Below are positions 51,141 through 64,000 of a stretch of DNA of 64,000 nucleotides, piece by piece. Position numbers and translations under genes: made by a program. The notes under the pieces are model-generated. The model worked only from the letters and a program-made list of their open reading frames with translations. It was not told the origin of the DNA and did not search any database. The DNA is from Phyllobates terribilis (taxonomy: Eukaryota): positions 363,940,001-364,004,000 of the forward strand of contig NW_027362768.1 in the NCBI RefSeq assembly GCF_046119375.1. Direction: 5' to 3'. Within the stretch, counting starts at the first letter, position 1. The number at the start of each line of letters is the position of its first letter.

Positions 51141-53064
51141 CCCTCCTGATTTTTGCTATATTTCACCGCACAGAATTGCTGTTGATTGTCAGTATTCGTC
51201 ACCGTTTTCATGAGGAAGTGGTTTTAAAAGTTTCACCACTATTTTCTATGACTTCGGCTGCATGGAATTTCCTTGTGTGGATCAGATCTCCTCTGCAGTC
51301 AGGAGGCTTTTTTTTTATGTGTTTCAAAAGACGTCATGTTTAAGATGGGGGTTGTCACCATTTTGTGGAGGGATATTTAGGATATTCCCATGGCCGTTTT
51401 CTGGTGTGTATACATGAATTAATATGGCACTTGGTCACCTTCTTTATAACAGCCCCCCTCCACCTTCTCTGACATTAGTCTGACAACTAGAAAAATGGCA
51501 TTTCTCCTACAACAAACGAATTAACGTGGGCGCTTGCCCTCAGTCTTCATTGACACATTGTAAAAGAGAAAATAAAATGGCTGGTGACTATTGCGCTTCG
51601 TAATTGTGATGGCAATAAGTTATCCCTGCTAATAGTAGCCTATAGGGGTCGTATACTGTAAAACACACAAAATAGAATGTAAACATACGCCCCCTACAGG
51701 TTAACATTTACAGTGATAAACCGACTTTGGTCTGAGATCGAAAAGTACTAAAATCACGGCCTAAAAGAAATCCTAGTATTGTTACCCATAGCAACCAATC
51801 ACAGCGCACCTTTCATTTTTCCAGAGTAGGTAAATAAATGAAAGCTGAGCTCTGATTGGTTGCTATGGACAACAAGGCAAGTGCTCCTGTCGGTTACTAT
51901 ATGAGGCCTAGTGATTATTTTTTGGTGATTTATGTGATGGAGATGACTCGGACTTCTTCGTCCTGAGTCGCTCTAGTCTGCCTAAGACAATATGACTCCA
52001 GAAAGAGGAAATGTCACTGGGGCCTGATACTGTGTAACCGCCATATGGGGGGTGGGGAGTAGTAGTGTGACGGTTGGTAGAGAAAGTGGCGCAATGTACA
52101 GTGATGTCTTACAATGTCCTACAAGGCTAATATTGGGTTGGGGCATCACTGTGATTTACTACGTGCGATGATGGCACAAGTGTAAAATGCCAGGAACCCT
52201 AAAATGGCACCGAAAGTGTTAAAAAATGTTTTTTAAAACTTTATTGTTACAAGACACAACCATCCTTAAAGGGTATAATAATAAATGATCACCGATACAC
52301 CGGATATGTGATAGTCATTAGGTCTCTGTGGGTCTCGCTGTAATGGGGGGGTGGGGACATGTGTACCCTATTGGCTCAAAAGACTGTGGCCAAGTGGCAC
52401 TGAATAGAGCGTCATGTGTCCATTGTGTTATTCAAAGGCTATGGCGCTGACTAAGGTAACAAAGCGCCATAGAGTGATGGAATTGAGCTGCAGGATGCCA
52501 GTGCAACCTGCAGCTCTATTCAATGCCCCTTGACCAGGATAGAACGGGCACTAGCCCCATAATTAGTGCCCAGAATAGCCAGAAGGTGGCAGCATCGTAC
52601 TAATAAAGGGAAAAAAAATAGTATAAAGTTTTAGATATGGATGGGTGTATTCAGGTGCGCCTAAAAGTCCCCTGTAACACTCCATGAGGGTGAAGGGATT
52701 TTTGCAAACCCCATTCAAGGGAGTGGGATAGTTGCTGACATTTCTGCTGCGTGTAAAAAACTCCATTAAAGGGGTTGGCCCACGCCGCTCACTTCTGCAT
52801 TGTTATGTGAGTGGCGCTGATGATGTTGCTCCTGCACGTACCTATCGAAACGCAAGTGCGATAGCTGCCGATCGTACATGCGTCCTAACTGGTATATGCA
52901 GATGTGCCATCGCCAGCACCATTTCCCTTCCAAAGCTGTGTGGGAGAACCCCTTTAAGGATCACACAATATAATAAAAATGAGTACACTCACTTTCTGGC
53001 GTTTCCTGAAATACACTGTGCTGCTTTGGCAATACTGCTTTTATTCATGTTTTGTACGTATATA

Positions 53065-54400
53065 CAGTGGCTTGTAAAAGTTTGGGCACCCCTGGTCAAG
53101 CTTACTGTTATTGTGAACAGTTAAGCAAGTTGAAGATGAAATGATCTCTAAAAGGCCTAAAGTTAAAGATGACACATTTACTTTGTATTTTAGGAAAAAA
53201 AGTCACTTTTTACATTTTAAAAATCACAATAAGGAAAATGGGCTGATGCAAAACTTTGGGCGCCCTTGGAGATTTGTGTGCTCAGAAAACGTTTACCAAG
53301 TTTTCCGACCTTAATTAGCCTGTTAGGGTTATGGCTTGTTCACTATCATCATTAAGAAAGGCCAGGTGATGCAAATTTCCCAGCTTTTAAAAAACCCAGC
53401 CTCCTCTAACGTTGTGCCAAAAATCAGCAGCCATGGGTTCTTCTAAGCATCTGCCTAACACTCTGAAAATTAAAATGGTGGAGGCCCACAAATCAGGAGA
53501 AGGCTATAAGAAGATAGCAAAGCGTTTTTAAGTTGTCCTTTTCTCAGTTCGAAATGTAATTAAGAAATGGCAGTTACCAGGAACAGTGGAGGTCAAGATA
53601 AGGTCTGGCTGACCAAGCAAAATTTCAGTGAGCTGCTCTTAGGATTGCTAGAGAAGCAAATCAGAAGCCCTTCTTGACTGCAAAAGACCTTCAGAAAGAT
53701 TTAGCAGACTCTGGAGTTGTGGTACATTGTTCTACTGTTCAGAGACACCTGCACAAATATGACCTTCATGGAAGAGTCATCAGAAGAAAATTCAGGGTCA
53801 GAAGTATGCAAAAGAACATCTAAACAAGCCTGATGCATTTTGGAAACAAGTCCTGTGGACCAATGAGGATAAAATAGAAGTCTTTGGCCACAGTGATCCA
53901 AAGGTATGTGTGGAGAAAAAAGGGCACAGGATTTCAGGAAAAGAACATCTCGCCAACTATCAAGCATGGGAGCGGATCAATCATGCTTTGGGATTGTGTT
54001 GCAGCCAATGGCACGTGGAACATTTCACAGGTAGAGGGAAGAATGGATTCAATGAAATTTCAACTAATTCTTGATGCAAACATAACACCATCTGTAAAAA
54101 AAGCTGAAGGTGAAAAGAAGATGATTCTACAAATGGATAATGATCCTAAACACACGTCAAAATCCACAATAGACGACCTCAAAAGGTTTTACAATGGCCC
54201 TCACAGTCCCCTAATCTGAACATCATTGAAAATCTGTGGCTAGACCTCAAAATAGCAGAGGATGCGAGATGCCCCAGGAATCTCACAGAATGGGAAGAAT
54301 TCTCCAAGGAAGAATGGATGAAAATCCCTCAAACAAGAATTGAAAGACTCTTGTCTGGCAACAAAAAGCATTTACAAGCTGTGATACTTTCAACTTTCAC
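53065..54400 (+). mobile_element. Tc1/mariner transposon, decayed transposase (~53433-54400), right end truncated
   Basis: TA-CAGTGGCTTGTAAAAGTTTGGGCACCCCT left TIR. Fragments PTIKHGSGSIMLWDCVAANGT and LQMDNDPKHTSKS, plus a PLI*NIIENLW-like region with stops. Confidence 0.92.
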
Positions 54401-54679
54401 TTTTTGCACTAAAAAGTCAATAATCTGAATTAAAAAAAAACTCATTAGAGACCGGATGCTGCACTGGAAATTTTTCTGACGCTTCTAGAAGGTTAGGGAC
54501 CATCATCATATAATATTTTTGCCTGCCTCATCCTGCCCAGATTATGGCGGTGATATGGGCTGAGGTTACGCGGAGTTCATACATTGTGACGAGCTGTCAG
54601 GTGGATTACAGCGCTGCCGGGGCAGCCACCATTTACCGCAGGAGGAGTAGGATTGTGTTTCCTGGTTTCCCAGGAGATT

Positions 54680-54693
54680 GTCACCAAGGCAAC
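54680..54693 (+). promoter_or_regulatory. RFX X-box-like site near the TTLL3 first coding exon
   Basis: GTCACCAAGGCAAC fits GTNRCC(N0-3)RGYAAC. Confidence 0.5.
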
Positions 54694-54855
54694 AGCAAAC
54701 AGAAGGGGACGGATTACCCAGGGATCCTGCCTTCATGGCATGGGCAGGATTACAAGGGCTCTGCAGCAGCTGCACAGTGCAGAACCTCAGCTCTGCAAAC
54801 AGAGGGGCAGCACAGTCCCCCATGGCCGTGCCTGCTAGATGTGCCATGTACTAAT

Positions 54856-57800
54856 ATGCCCGGTAAGATGCCGCCTGCATAGACCTCTGATATATTGTGT
54901 CCTACTAGAGATCTATAGAAGTATTCTAGTGGATATCACTGGATCTATGCTTCTCTGATACTCGTCTTGCCACTTTGTTACAGGGAGTAATCGTTATAAG
55001 TTGTAAGAGTCAGCAAATTACTCGGTATCCAACAGAACCCAAATTTTCTTGAACTTTGCAAGTGATCTCGGGGTCAAGTCACACAGTGCAATTCCCTGAT
55101 AATTTGTAACAAGGGACTGTTATTTATGTAACAACCTGATATATTTATTGACTGTTGATATGTTGTCTTTTTTTTATTGTTGCATCTCCTTCATATATTC
55201 TCTGCCAATACTTTCACTAAATAATCAAAAAGTCTTAAAAAAAAAAAAAAGTGATTGTAGCTTCTCGCAGACAGGTTTATTATTGCTTTCAATGTAAACA
55301 CTGTATGCAGTGAGCTCCCCCTAGTGGTGGTGTCAGGAAGACCGAATTGTATCATTTGTATGTATGCAGGAGATTTGGAGCTCCAGATCAGAAAAGCAAA
55401 GCTTTGACCGCTATAAGGATATGATTGGATAATTGTCTAAATGAAGGAGTGCTGCTGTGTGAGCTACTTGTAAAAGTTACACCACTTGGGAAATTTTGCG
55501 GCAGTGCCGTAGCTTCGAGATTCTCCGGATCCACAGAGACTCTGTACTTCTGGAGTAGTAGATCTGGAGTGCCGGCAGTGTATTGGAGGTTCACAGATCT
55601 GCGTACTAATGCATTCATCTGACCTGACAATTGCAAGGATGTGTTCACATGTAGCGGAAATGGGATTCCCCACTGAAATCTCCATCATTCTGATTTAGAT
55701 TAATTTCATAATATACTTGCCAACATTGCAATGCCATAAACCAAAACTTTTATGCCACCAGAACCACCCATCTTGGGGGCAGGATTTGCAAAATCATCAC
55801 TCCTTTTGCAGGCATGTTTGTTCTGGCAAAATTAGTGCCATTGGCAGGTATGAAATATATCTGTATAGGGAAGAAAGTTTTCTTGTTTTTTTCCGATTTG
55901 ATAAATGATTGAATTCTGTCTGCCTGCTGCCACCACTAGAGGGTGCTCCCTGCACATGCATTCATACAGAAGGCATTGGACTCAATTGGAGCAGTTTACA
56001 TCTGCATACAGGAAGCTTCCCCTAGTGGCGGCTGCAATTAGTGTCAGGTCAAGCAGGAGAAGCAGTTCAGTTGTGAGCCCATTCCAACCACTAGCCCCAT
56101 AGTAGTCATGCACCATGTTTCACCAGTTTACATCTGCATACAGGAAGCTCCCCCTAGTGGCGGCTGCAAGTAGTGTCAGGACAAACAGTTCAGTTTTGAG
56201 CCCACTCTGACCATTAGCCCCATAGTAGTCATACACAATGTTTCTATAGCAGATATGTTGCTGACTATATAACATTATTGCCACAATTACAGCTTCCTCC
56301 CATCTCTCCCAGACTCTGGTGGGGAAAGCTGGATAGCACCGCCATATTGTCACACAGATATAACTAACTATTTTTTATGGTTGGAGATGCCCTTAAATCG
56401 TCCCATCCCCTGCAATAACCGGGTGTCTATTCTCCACACAGCGCCCCCGTCCTCCCGGCTTGGAACCTGATTGACAGATCTGTCGCTGAGAAGCCTTTCC
56501 ACAAAAGAACAATGGTTGCCGCCAGCGCCGCTGTTGCCATGGTAACCCAGGTGAACATTCTTTTATGTTTGTATATAAAAGGAACAATTGACGTTGTGCT
56601 CTGCCATCGCTCGGCTTAAAGTTTACTCGCCACCTACACACTGCGGGGGCCGTGACATTCAGAACCAATGGCAAATGGGGAAATAGTCCTGGAACTGAGG
56701 CCGACACCGAGGGATCCAATGTTAGGAACTTCATTCTAGCTCTGATATACAGGTGCGTCTCACTAAATTAGAATATCATCAAAAAGTTAATTTATTTCAG
56801 TTCTTCAATACAAAAAGTGAAACTCGTATATTATATAGAGTCATTACACACAGAGTGATTTATTTCACTTGTTTATTGCTGTTAATGTTGGTGATTACGG
56901 CTTACAGCCAATGAAAACACAAAAGTCATTATCTCAGTAAATTAGAATACTTTATAACAACAGCTTGAAAAATGATTTTCAAATCCAAAATGTATGTTCA
57001 GTAAATGCCCTCAATACTTGGTCGGGCTCCTTTTGCATCAATGCGGCAATGTGGCATGGAGGGATCAGCCTGTGGCTGCTGAGGTGTTATGGAAGCCCAG
57101 GTGGCTTTGATAGCAGCCTTCAGCTCATCTGCATTGTGGGGTCTGGTGTCTCTCATCTTCCTCTTGACAATACCCCATAGATTCTCTATAATAGATTCTC
57201 TATGGGGTTAAGGTCAGGTGAGTTTGCTGCCAATCAAGCACAGTGATACTGTTGTGTGTAAACCAGGTATTGGTACTTTTGGCAGTGTGGACAGGGGCCA
57301 AGTCCTGCTGGAGAATGACATTTCCATCTCCATAAAGCTTGTCGGCAGAGGGAAGCATGAAGTGCTCTAAAATGTCCTGGTAGACGGCTGCACTGACTTT
57401 GGTCTTGATAAAACACAGTGGACCTACACCAGCAGATGACATGGCCCCCAAACCATCACTGATTGTGGAAACTCCACACTAGACCTCCAGCAGCTTGGAT
57501 TGTGGCCTCTCCACTGCTTCCCATAGGTTGTATGTGGTACTGCAGTTTCACTCTATAGAAGTCAATCAGGTTGAGCTGTAATACCAGACACAACCTGTGG
57601 ACAGGCGTGGCGCTGTTTTTGGCACCATAGTCCTGTTTAATCATTCTAGACAGAGCAGGAGCAACAAGAATGATGAGCGAGGAAGAGCGCTCCTATCCAA
57701 ACTCCTTTGCACGCACGTTAATTAGTTGACATGTAAGCGCACAGCACCAAGCCGTATTTTGCAGTCCTGAGTGAACTACCATCAAGTTAGCACTTTACTG

Positions 57801-60800
57801 ACGTCCTGGGGCCTAAATATAGTGGGCGCAGCTGCGCAGGGTACAAAAATACCAAAAATGTCTCCAACGAAAGCCTTTAGGTGCAGATCGGGCAAGTTGT
57901 AACCGGCACTGATAATTCTGTATCCCCATATTGAAATATATAACAAGTATTTCACAAACTTTCCACCATTAGATGGCGCAATTGAGACGATCACTGTATT
58001 ATATGACGGCACCTGCTGATGTTTTTGACTCCGCTTCTTACTTTTGCTTTTTCTTTCTCATTCTTTCAATCTGTAATATTTTGCTTAATACAGCTGGACT
58101 CTTTTTGTTGGTACCGCCTTGTATAAATGCAATATGACCATTATGTATTCCACAGCCCCAGCCCTCGCCTGAAACACAGGAACCGGAGGGAGAAAACTTT
58201 GAAAAAACGAAAAATATGGAAGGTAATTTGCTTTAGAGTCACAAAATGTACCGTATTTTTAAAAAGCTGCAGACAGGGTCCCTTTAAATATTAAAGGGGA
58301 ACCTATCCTATTTTTTAGACCTTTGCCCAACACTGGGTAGTTTTGCTTTCTGTGTGCAATGCAAAAATGTTACTTTTAACCATATTTTTTTAGGAATATC
58401 CAGGAGACCCCGGACCCAGAGTGATGGGCACGAGAGGACGTCTAATGGAAACCTAAGAAAGAAACCGCGCTCTGCCATTGAGAAGCACAAACAAGACGGT
58501 AAATGACCTCTAAGTGTCCGGGTAATCTGCGATTCATTTCCCGTCCGGGCATTAGTGTATGGCCTAGATATGGGCTCAGGATAATCCACTTTAATTCGGT
58601 ATGGGAGACATACATTTTCTGTGACATCTGGTGCAGGTTGTAGAAAGTGGCCTTTCTGTATAGTGCTGTATGGTAGTGCCCTAGCGAGGCTTCAGCCACT
58701 GACTATTCAGTGGCCTCCAGAAAAGAGGCTCTTACCCTGGAGGACCCGGCCTCCATTGATTATAATTGGAATAGTGCAGTACTTCACTTCCCCTGCAGGG
58801 GCAATGCAGAGACATCACTTACTGTGCCCTGCAGATCACCAGGGATTGTCAATGGCAGAGCACCACTTAAACTCAAAGGCTTGAAAAATCTGAATATTTT
58901 TAGTTGTCTATGGCCTCCTCATTCCCGATATCGTCCTGCTGTACATACACATTGACATCTCTTCTGTGCGCACACAGTGACGGCTGCCGAGGGGCGAGTG
59001 CGCAAGATGATTAACAGCACCATGATTAATCCGGATCGCCTGAAACTCGCCAAGCTCCTGGTGGAAAAAGCAATTAAGGTCGGTGCAAGTGGAAACCTTA
59101 TTAGTAATTTATTTCATTGTGAATGTTTGTTTTTTTTCTGCCAGAAACAGCGCCACTTTTGTCCAAAGGTTGTGTCTGGTATTGCAGCCCTTAAAGAGTT
59201 ATTCTCAAGATAAATCTTCAGGAGGGCACCGCTCCTCTGAGGTTGAGCTGCGCGTCTTGCCTAGGAGACCGACCACCGCAGACAGACTGCAGAGGTGGCT
59301 GGTAATCGGGGCAACTAGAAGTATACAATTAAATTCCCTCCATTCTTGAGAACAGTCAATATTTTTAATAAGAAGTAAATTGCAAAGTTTCTTGTTTTCA
59401 TGAACACTTTGAAATTATTTTTACCCATTTATTGGGTTGAGACAATCCCTTTAAATATTGCAAGACCAGACACAGATCCCTGGTTCCAACCCCTTCATTC
59501 TTGCATCTGTTTCTCAAGAACGGGACCCTGATGTGCGGAGAAGTAGTCAGGATCCTATTAATTTGTATGGGAACGACGGGGTGCTGTTCTTGAAATACGG
59601 GCTCCCATTAGTGGGACCTGCATCTACTATATATTTAAAGGGGTATGGCCGATTCTTTAGGACAAAGAACTGGGGGTGTAAGGTGCTGTCTGTGGAGAAG
59701 TGGTCAGGATCCTATTAATTTGTATGGGAACGGCGGGGTGCGGTTCTTGAAATACAGGCTCCCATTAATGGGACCTGAATCTACTATACATTTAAAGGGG
59801 TATGGCCGACTCTTTAGGACAAAGAACTGGGGTTGTAACTTCTGGAAACCCACCAATCCTGAGAAGGAGAGGACCACTCAACTGCAGCACAACCCTAGTA
59901 AAATGAATGGGACCGACAGCAGAGTAGGTGGCTGGACAGGAGCGGCAAATCAGTGCTATAGACCCTTCATCCTCAGCATTACTGGGGTCCCAGGGGTCAG
60001 ACTCCCATTAATCAAATCCTAGAAAACATGGTATGACTTTACGAGATGGGAGTAGCCCTGTGAGGCTCAGGTGAGTCCAAGGGCCCAGACCACCATCAAT
60101 CCATCACCGTCAGTGTCCTCTGGTGGGCCCAAGTTCTATCTCCATCAGCTACTATTTTTTGTGGGTTTTTTTTTTCATTTTCTTTTAATTCTTTTCATTT
60201 TTTTCTGTTACCCCCTCCAAAAAAACAGCAAAAAAAAATATTCAGTATTCACGGGTCTTACCCAGTGATACGTCATTGCCTGCGCAGCCGCGGATGGGTG
60301 GAGAAGAAGCTGCCCAAGGTCACAAAAGCTTCCCGGAAAAAGGGAAAAGATGAAGAAAATGAAGACGATGACGGGGATGGAAGCGGAAATGATGATGACG
60401 GTACATAAAGGGGCGATTCTTACTTGATATCAGAATGCAAAAAAAAAAACAATAAAACGTGTTTTACAGGAAGGTACAATATATTAATCAGCATTTATCA
60501 GACATTATGGCTTCGTCTTATATATATATAAAAGATAGAAAAAAAATCAAATGATCCGCTGATTGAATGAAGCCTGGCACCTCCTCTGCTTTCATGATTC
60601 TGCTGCTTTCCTGTTAGCTCCCAGGCTGCGCACCCGCACACCTCTCTACTGGGTTAGTTGCTCTGCTGCGCTGCATTGCGAGAGATGTAGTTTTTTTTAG
60701 CTAGTAATATAGAGTAAAGGAAAAACTCTTTCACAGCACAATGCACTGGGGTTCGGGATTAAACTGCTGTGCATTCATTCCCCAGATGATGATGCCGAGG

Positions 60801-61974
60801 AAGAGGAGGAGAAAGATGAGGATCCGGATGGCACCTATGATCTAATGGTAAATGTCAGGGCTTAATTAACCAGGGGGAAGATAAGAAGCTGTATAGTCGC
60901 CACTTATCATCTGGAGCAAAAAAAAAAAAGATCAGATAGGAGCTCATTGTGGCTCCAATAATGGATCATTTAGGACGGATATTTTCTAATCCGGCCCAAT
61001 TGATCCATTGTCCTGGAACAACGGAAGTCAGCGATGACATGATGTAACCACGCGCTTCTCCCCTCTACGTTCTGTCGTTCCAGTCTAGACTTGTCCGCAA
61101 CGAATTGCCCTATTTCATCTGGACAACCAGGCGAGATGCTGTGGACTGCCGATTTCTGAAGAAGGATCAGATGATGAACCACTACGCGAAAGCTGGATCT
61201 TTTACCACCAAGGTGGGTACAGAATAGGGGTCGGAGCATTGTAATGGGTGGGTTCCCCTATGAACATAATTTTACATATAGATATATTATTTCCTGGTTG
61301 CCATTGGAAACAGACAACAAGCTCGTTGTCAGACACAACCCTAACAGATTAGCTGAGTTCTAATAATGCTTTGGGGGGGGCACTTAGTTTTTCCAACATA
61401 ATTTCAGCCTTATATGTGAGGCTCCTAAAAAGCAATGTTTTTTTACTGATTTTTAATAGGCTCCTTCATACTGTTGTTTTGTCCTTCAGGTCGGTCTCTG
61501 CATGAATTTAAGGAACCTCCACTGGTTTGATGAGGCCGATCCAGATTCTTTCTTCCCTCGTTGCTATAGACTGGGTGCCGAGGATGAGAAGAGGGCATTC
61601 ATTGGTATGATTAATGGACACTATTAATAATTGTCTCTATTTTCCAAAAACAGCACCCCCCTGTCCATGGGTTGTATCTGGTATTGCAGCCTGCCTCAAT
61701 TGAAATTACTAAGGCTAAGATGCAATACCATACACAGCCAGTAGATGGGGTGGCAGTGTCCTTTTTGGAATTTTTCCTAATTCTATATACCCTTTTATTA
61801 TATAGCAATCTCTATATGGTAATCATTCTAAGCATATGAGTAATCAGAGAAATCTTACGTGTTGTGTTTTAGAGGATTTCTGGCTGACGGCTGCTCGGAG
61901 TATTCTGAAAAGAGTGGCAGGAGGCGAATGGAACCGAACTTCCGACACCCAGGAGAACACGACGAGTGTGAACG
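54856..61974 (+). CDS. TTLL3: Tubulin monoglycylase TTLL3, 5' portion (gene continues beyond the window)
   Basis: Exons 54856-54862 (ATGCCCG|gtaag; upstream in-frame ATG at 54544), 58978-59078, 60229-60400, 60786-60847, 61084-61212, 61490-61604 and 61873-61974, with consistent phases. Protein includes [30 protein letters not shown]...GWVEKK...[18 protein letters not shown]...[26 protein letters not shown]...[13 protein letters not shown]. Position downstream of ARPC4 matches known synteny. The first exon is less certain than the rest. Confidence 0.92.
56533..56546 (+). promoter_or_regulatory. Consensus RFX X-box in TTLL3 intron 1
   Basis: GTTGCCATGGTAAC in a GC-rich patch. Confidence 0.6.
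56750..57520 (-). mobile_element. Truncated Tc1-like element
   Basis: TA-CAGGTGCGTCTCACTAAATTAGAATAT terminal repeat. Minus ORF reads [29 protein letters not shown]...[13 protein letters not shown] (DDE catalytic region). Confidence 0.9.
59545..59830. repeat. ~157-bp tandem duplication
   Basis: CAGGATCCTATTAATTTGTATGGGAACG at 59548 and 59705, both followed by ...CTTTAGGACAAAGAACTGGGG. Confidence 0.8.
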
Positions 61975-62545
61975 GTGAATAGCGGGCTCATAAGGTGCAC
62001 GGCTTTCGGGTGGAAATGGGGGAAGAGCTTGCCCTTATGTGAGTTGTGACGAAACAGTTTCTAATCTTAATCAGCCAGACATCTAGATTTGTTAAGCCTA
62101 GAGAAATACACTATTGTGATTGTGTTGACTTGTGAATGTATGTGTTTTTCTGTGGCTGGTCAAGAAGGACATACTATTATGTGTATAAAACTGAATGTTG
62201 ACTTCTCTTGGTTTTGAAACAATGATGTTTGTTACTATGCTAATTGCATATTGCACTAAAGCCAGCTAGATGTTGATTTAAAGAGCCCCTGCTATACCAA
62301 CTATGTAAATTGATTAAATTCTCAAACAATGAGGCCTGAGCCCTGTGGAAGAATACCCTCCCTAATACTTGCCCTGTGGATGTGTACTTGAAAGAACAAA
62401 TATGACTATTTAAGGGACATGTGCCTCTGTAGCAGTGAGAAATGAAAGAGAGAATCAAAGATCAGTCAGACTCTTCAGGACATCAGTTTGGTAGCATGGC
62501 TTTATCCAGAGGCACAGATTTGGATTCTACATGATTCCGGCCTAA

Positions 62546-63709
62546 GGGTATGTGCGCACGTTCAGGACTTGAAGCAGAAATTTCTGCAGCTTTTCTGCAT
62601 CTCCTTGGCAGGCAAAACGCTGTGGAAAAAACGCCCGTTTAGCCACGATTTTGATGCGTTTTTGTACATCAGTGAATACTTTTTGGAGCTAAATAAAGTT
62701 ATTTGAAAAGGAACGTGGGACATTGCTTTAATTTAATTGGATTACTGTCAAAACTGGGGTGAGTATATTGGTTAATTTAAGAATGTGTCTGTTGTATTTC
62801 AAATAAAGTGTTTACTTTGTGTCTGTGTGTTTATTTAACTCTTTACTTTACTTTAATTAGGTTTGATAATGAAAGGGTCTGATTGACACCTTGTCATCAC
62901 CACACAAAAGAGCTAGGTGTCAGCTAATCCCATTCACCCAAATTTTATTAGCATTTCCATTCAAGTCATTTCTGGGGTAGTTGAGAGCTGCTATTTTTAG
63001 CCATTATACAAACATGTTCCCTGACTATTATTAATAGTTCACAGCTGTTTTGTTAGCCGCTACATCCCCCCGATCAACACAAGCAGCGCTTTGGACGCAG
63101 CGTATTTTTGCAGCGTTCAAAACACGGTGTTCTAATGCCGCACTTTTGTTGTCGGTACATGTGAATCCACCGCATATAATGACCCTTCAATCTGTCAAAA
63201 TCTGCAGCGGAGACTAGCATGTCCGCTACAGAAATTGACATGCTGCGGGTGAGTTTGAGTACGTGGCCACGGTCAGGAGCCGCTGCAGGTTTGACGCTGC
63301 GTGTTTATACAGCGTCAAACCCGCAGCATCCAGATGTTACAGTATAGTGGATGGGATCTCTAGAAATCCCATGTCCACTATGCGTGCATCAGAGGCTGCG
63401 AATCACCAGTGGACACTGACATGCGGCGCGGTTTTCAGGACCGCAGCATGTCAAATTCTCTTGTAGAGTCGCTAGTCTCCGCAGCAGTCAATGGGCAACA
63501 GTCAATTAAAGTCAATGGGCGGGAAACGCTGCATAGAAAGGACATGCTGCGTTTTACAACGCAATGGTAATGCTGAGCGAAAATTTCCGCATCATGTGCA
63601 CAGCACATCAGGATTACCATTGCAATAGCTGGCAGACCGATTACCAAGCGTTTTGGGGCGGAAAAAGCGCCACAAAACCGCATCAAAAATGCTACGTGTG
63701 CACTTAACC
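62546..63709. mobile_element. PIF/Harbinger-type non-autonomous element
   Basis: TAA-GGGTATGTGCGCACGT...ACGTGTGCACTTAACC-TAA. Imperfect 16-bp TIRs, 3-bp TAA TSD, many GCGG/CCGC internal motifs. Confidence 0.7.
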
Positions 63710-64000
63710 TAAGGGTACACGGCCCTGACTGGAAGGCTACGGATCTGCTCCACTGACCATCAGAGAACCCATGGATAGATTTGGGAAGACCAGGTTGGGA
63801 CGATGAAGTCACCTGGCCCCATGGAGATATTTGGGGTTGCCAGGTGGGACCCTCTGGTCGTCTGGAACCCTTGGAGACATTCGGAGAAGCCAGATTGGGA
63901 CCCACTGGTCATCTGGCCTCATGAAAACTCTCGGGGCCCAGGGTGGGGCCCACGGGTCTCCTGGCCTTGTACCTCGATGGAGTGACAGCTTCCTAAGCTT

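Noticed and set aside
51785-51880. GTTGCTATGGACAAC X-box-like motif
   Set aside because: Lies in a short inverted-repeat MITE-like module (CCATAGCAACCAATCA...TGATTGGTTGCTATGG), so it is probably repeat-derived and not a specific regulatory site.
62000-64000. Next TTLL3 coding exon
   Set aside because: No sequence resembling the following TTLL3 segment was recognised. The region is intron with a Harbinger-type element and short repeats.

Overview
Vertebrate genomic DNA, almost certainly from an anuran (frog/toad), judged by its T2/Kolobok, piggyBac, hAT, Harbinger and Tc1 repeat complement. It carries the conserved syntenic block TADA3(-) / ARPC4(+) / TTLL3(+). TADA3 has 8 coding exons totalling 1299 nt (432 aa). 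ARPC4 has 6 coding exons totalling 507 nt (168 aa), the first being ATG only, and lies head-to-head with TADA3. TTLL3 is 5'-partial and runs out of the window. The left third is transposon-rich: an L2 LINE remnant is split by a decayed chromodomain Ty3/Gypsy provirus, which carries a nested solo LTR, which in turn holds a 37-bp satellite. ARPC4 intron 1 holds a 5.3-kb non-autonomous hAT element packed with long palindromes, including a triple hairpin with a flip/flop spacer and cryptic micro-exons. At least eight distinct tandem-repeat arrays are present, and all long ORFs in the track over these arrays are repeat artefacts. The most interesting leads are a frame-compatible ARPC4-TTLL3 read-through path, a Tf1/sushi-type self-priming signature in the Gypsy element, the flip/flop palindrome, a tandem CCAAT-box array beside the bidirectional promoter, and RFX X-boxes around TTLL3. 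No clearly new protein-coding system was found. All coordinates were read by eye.
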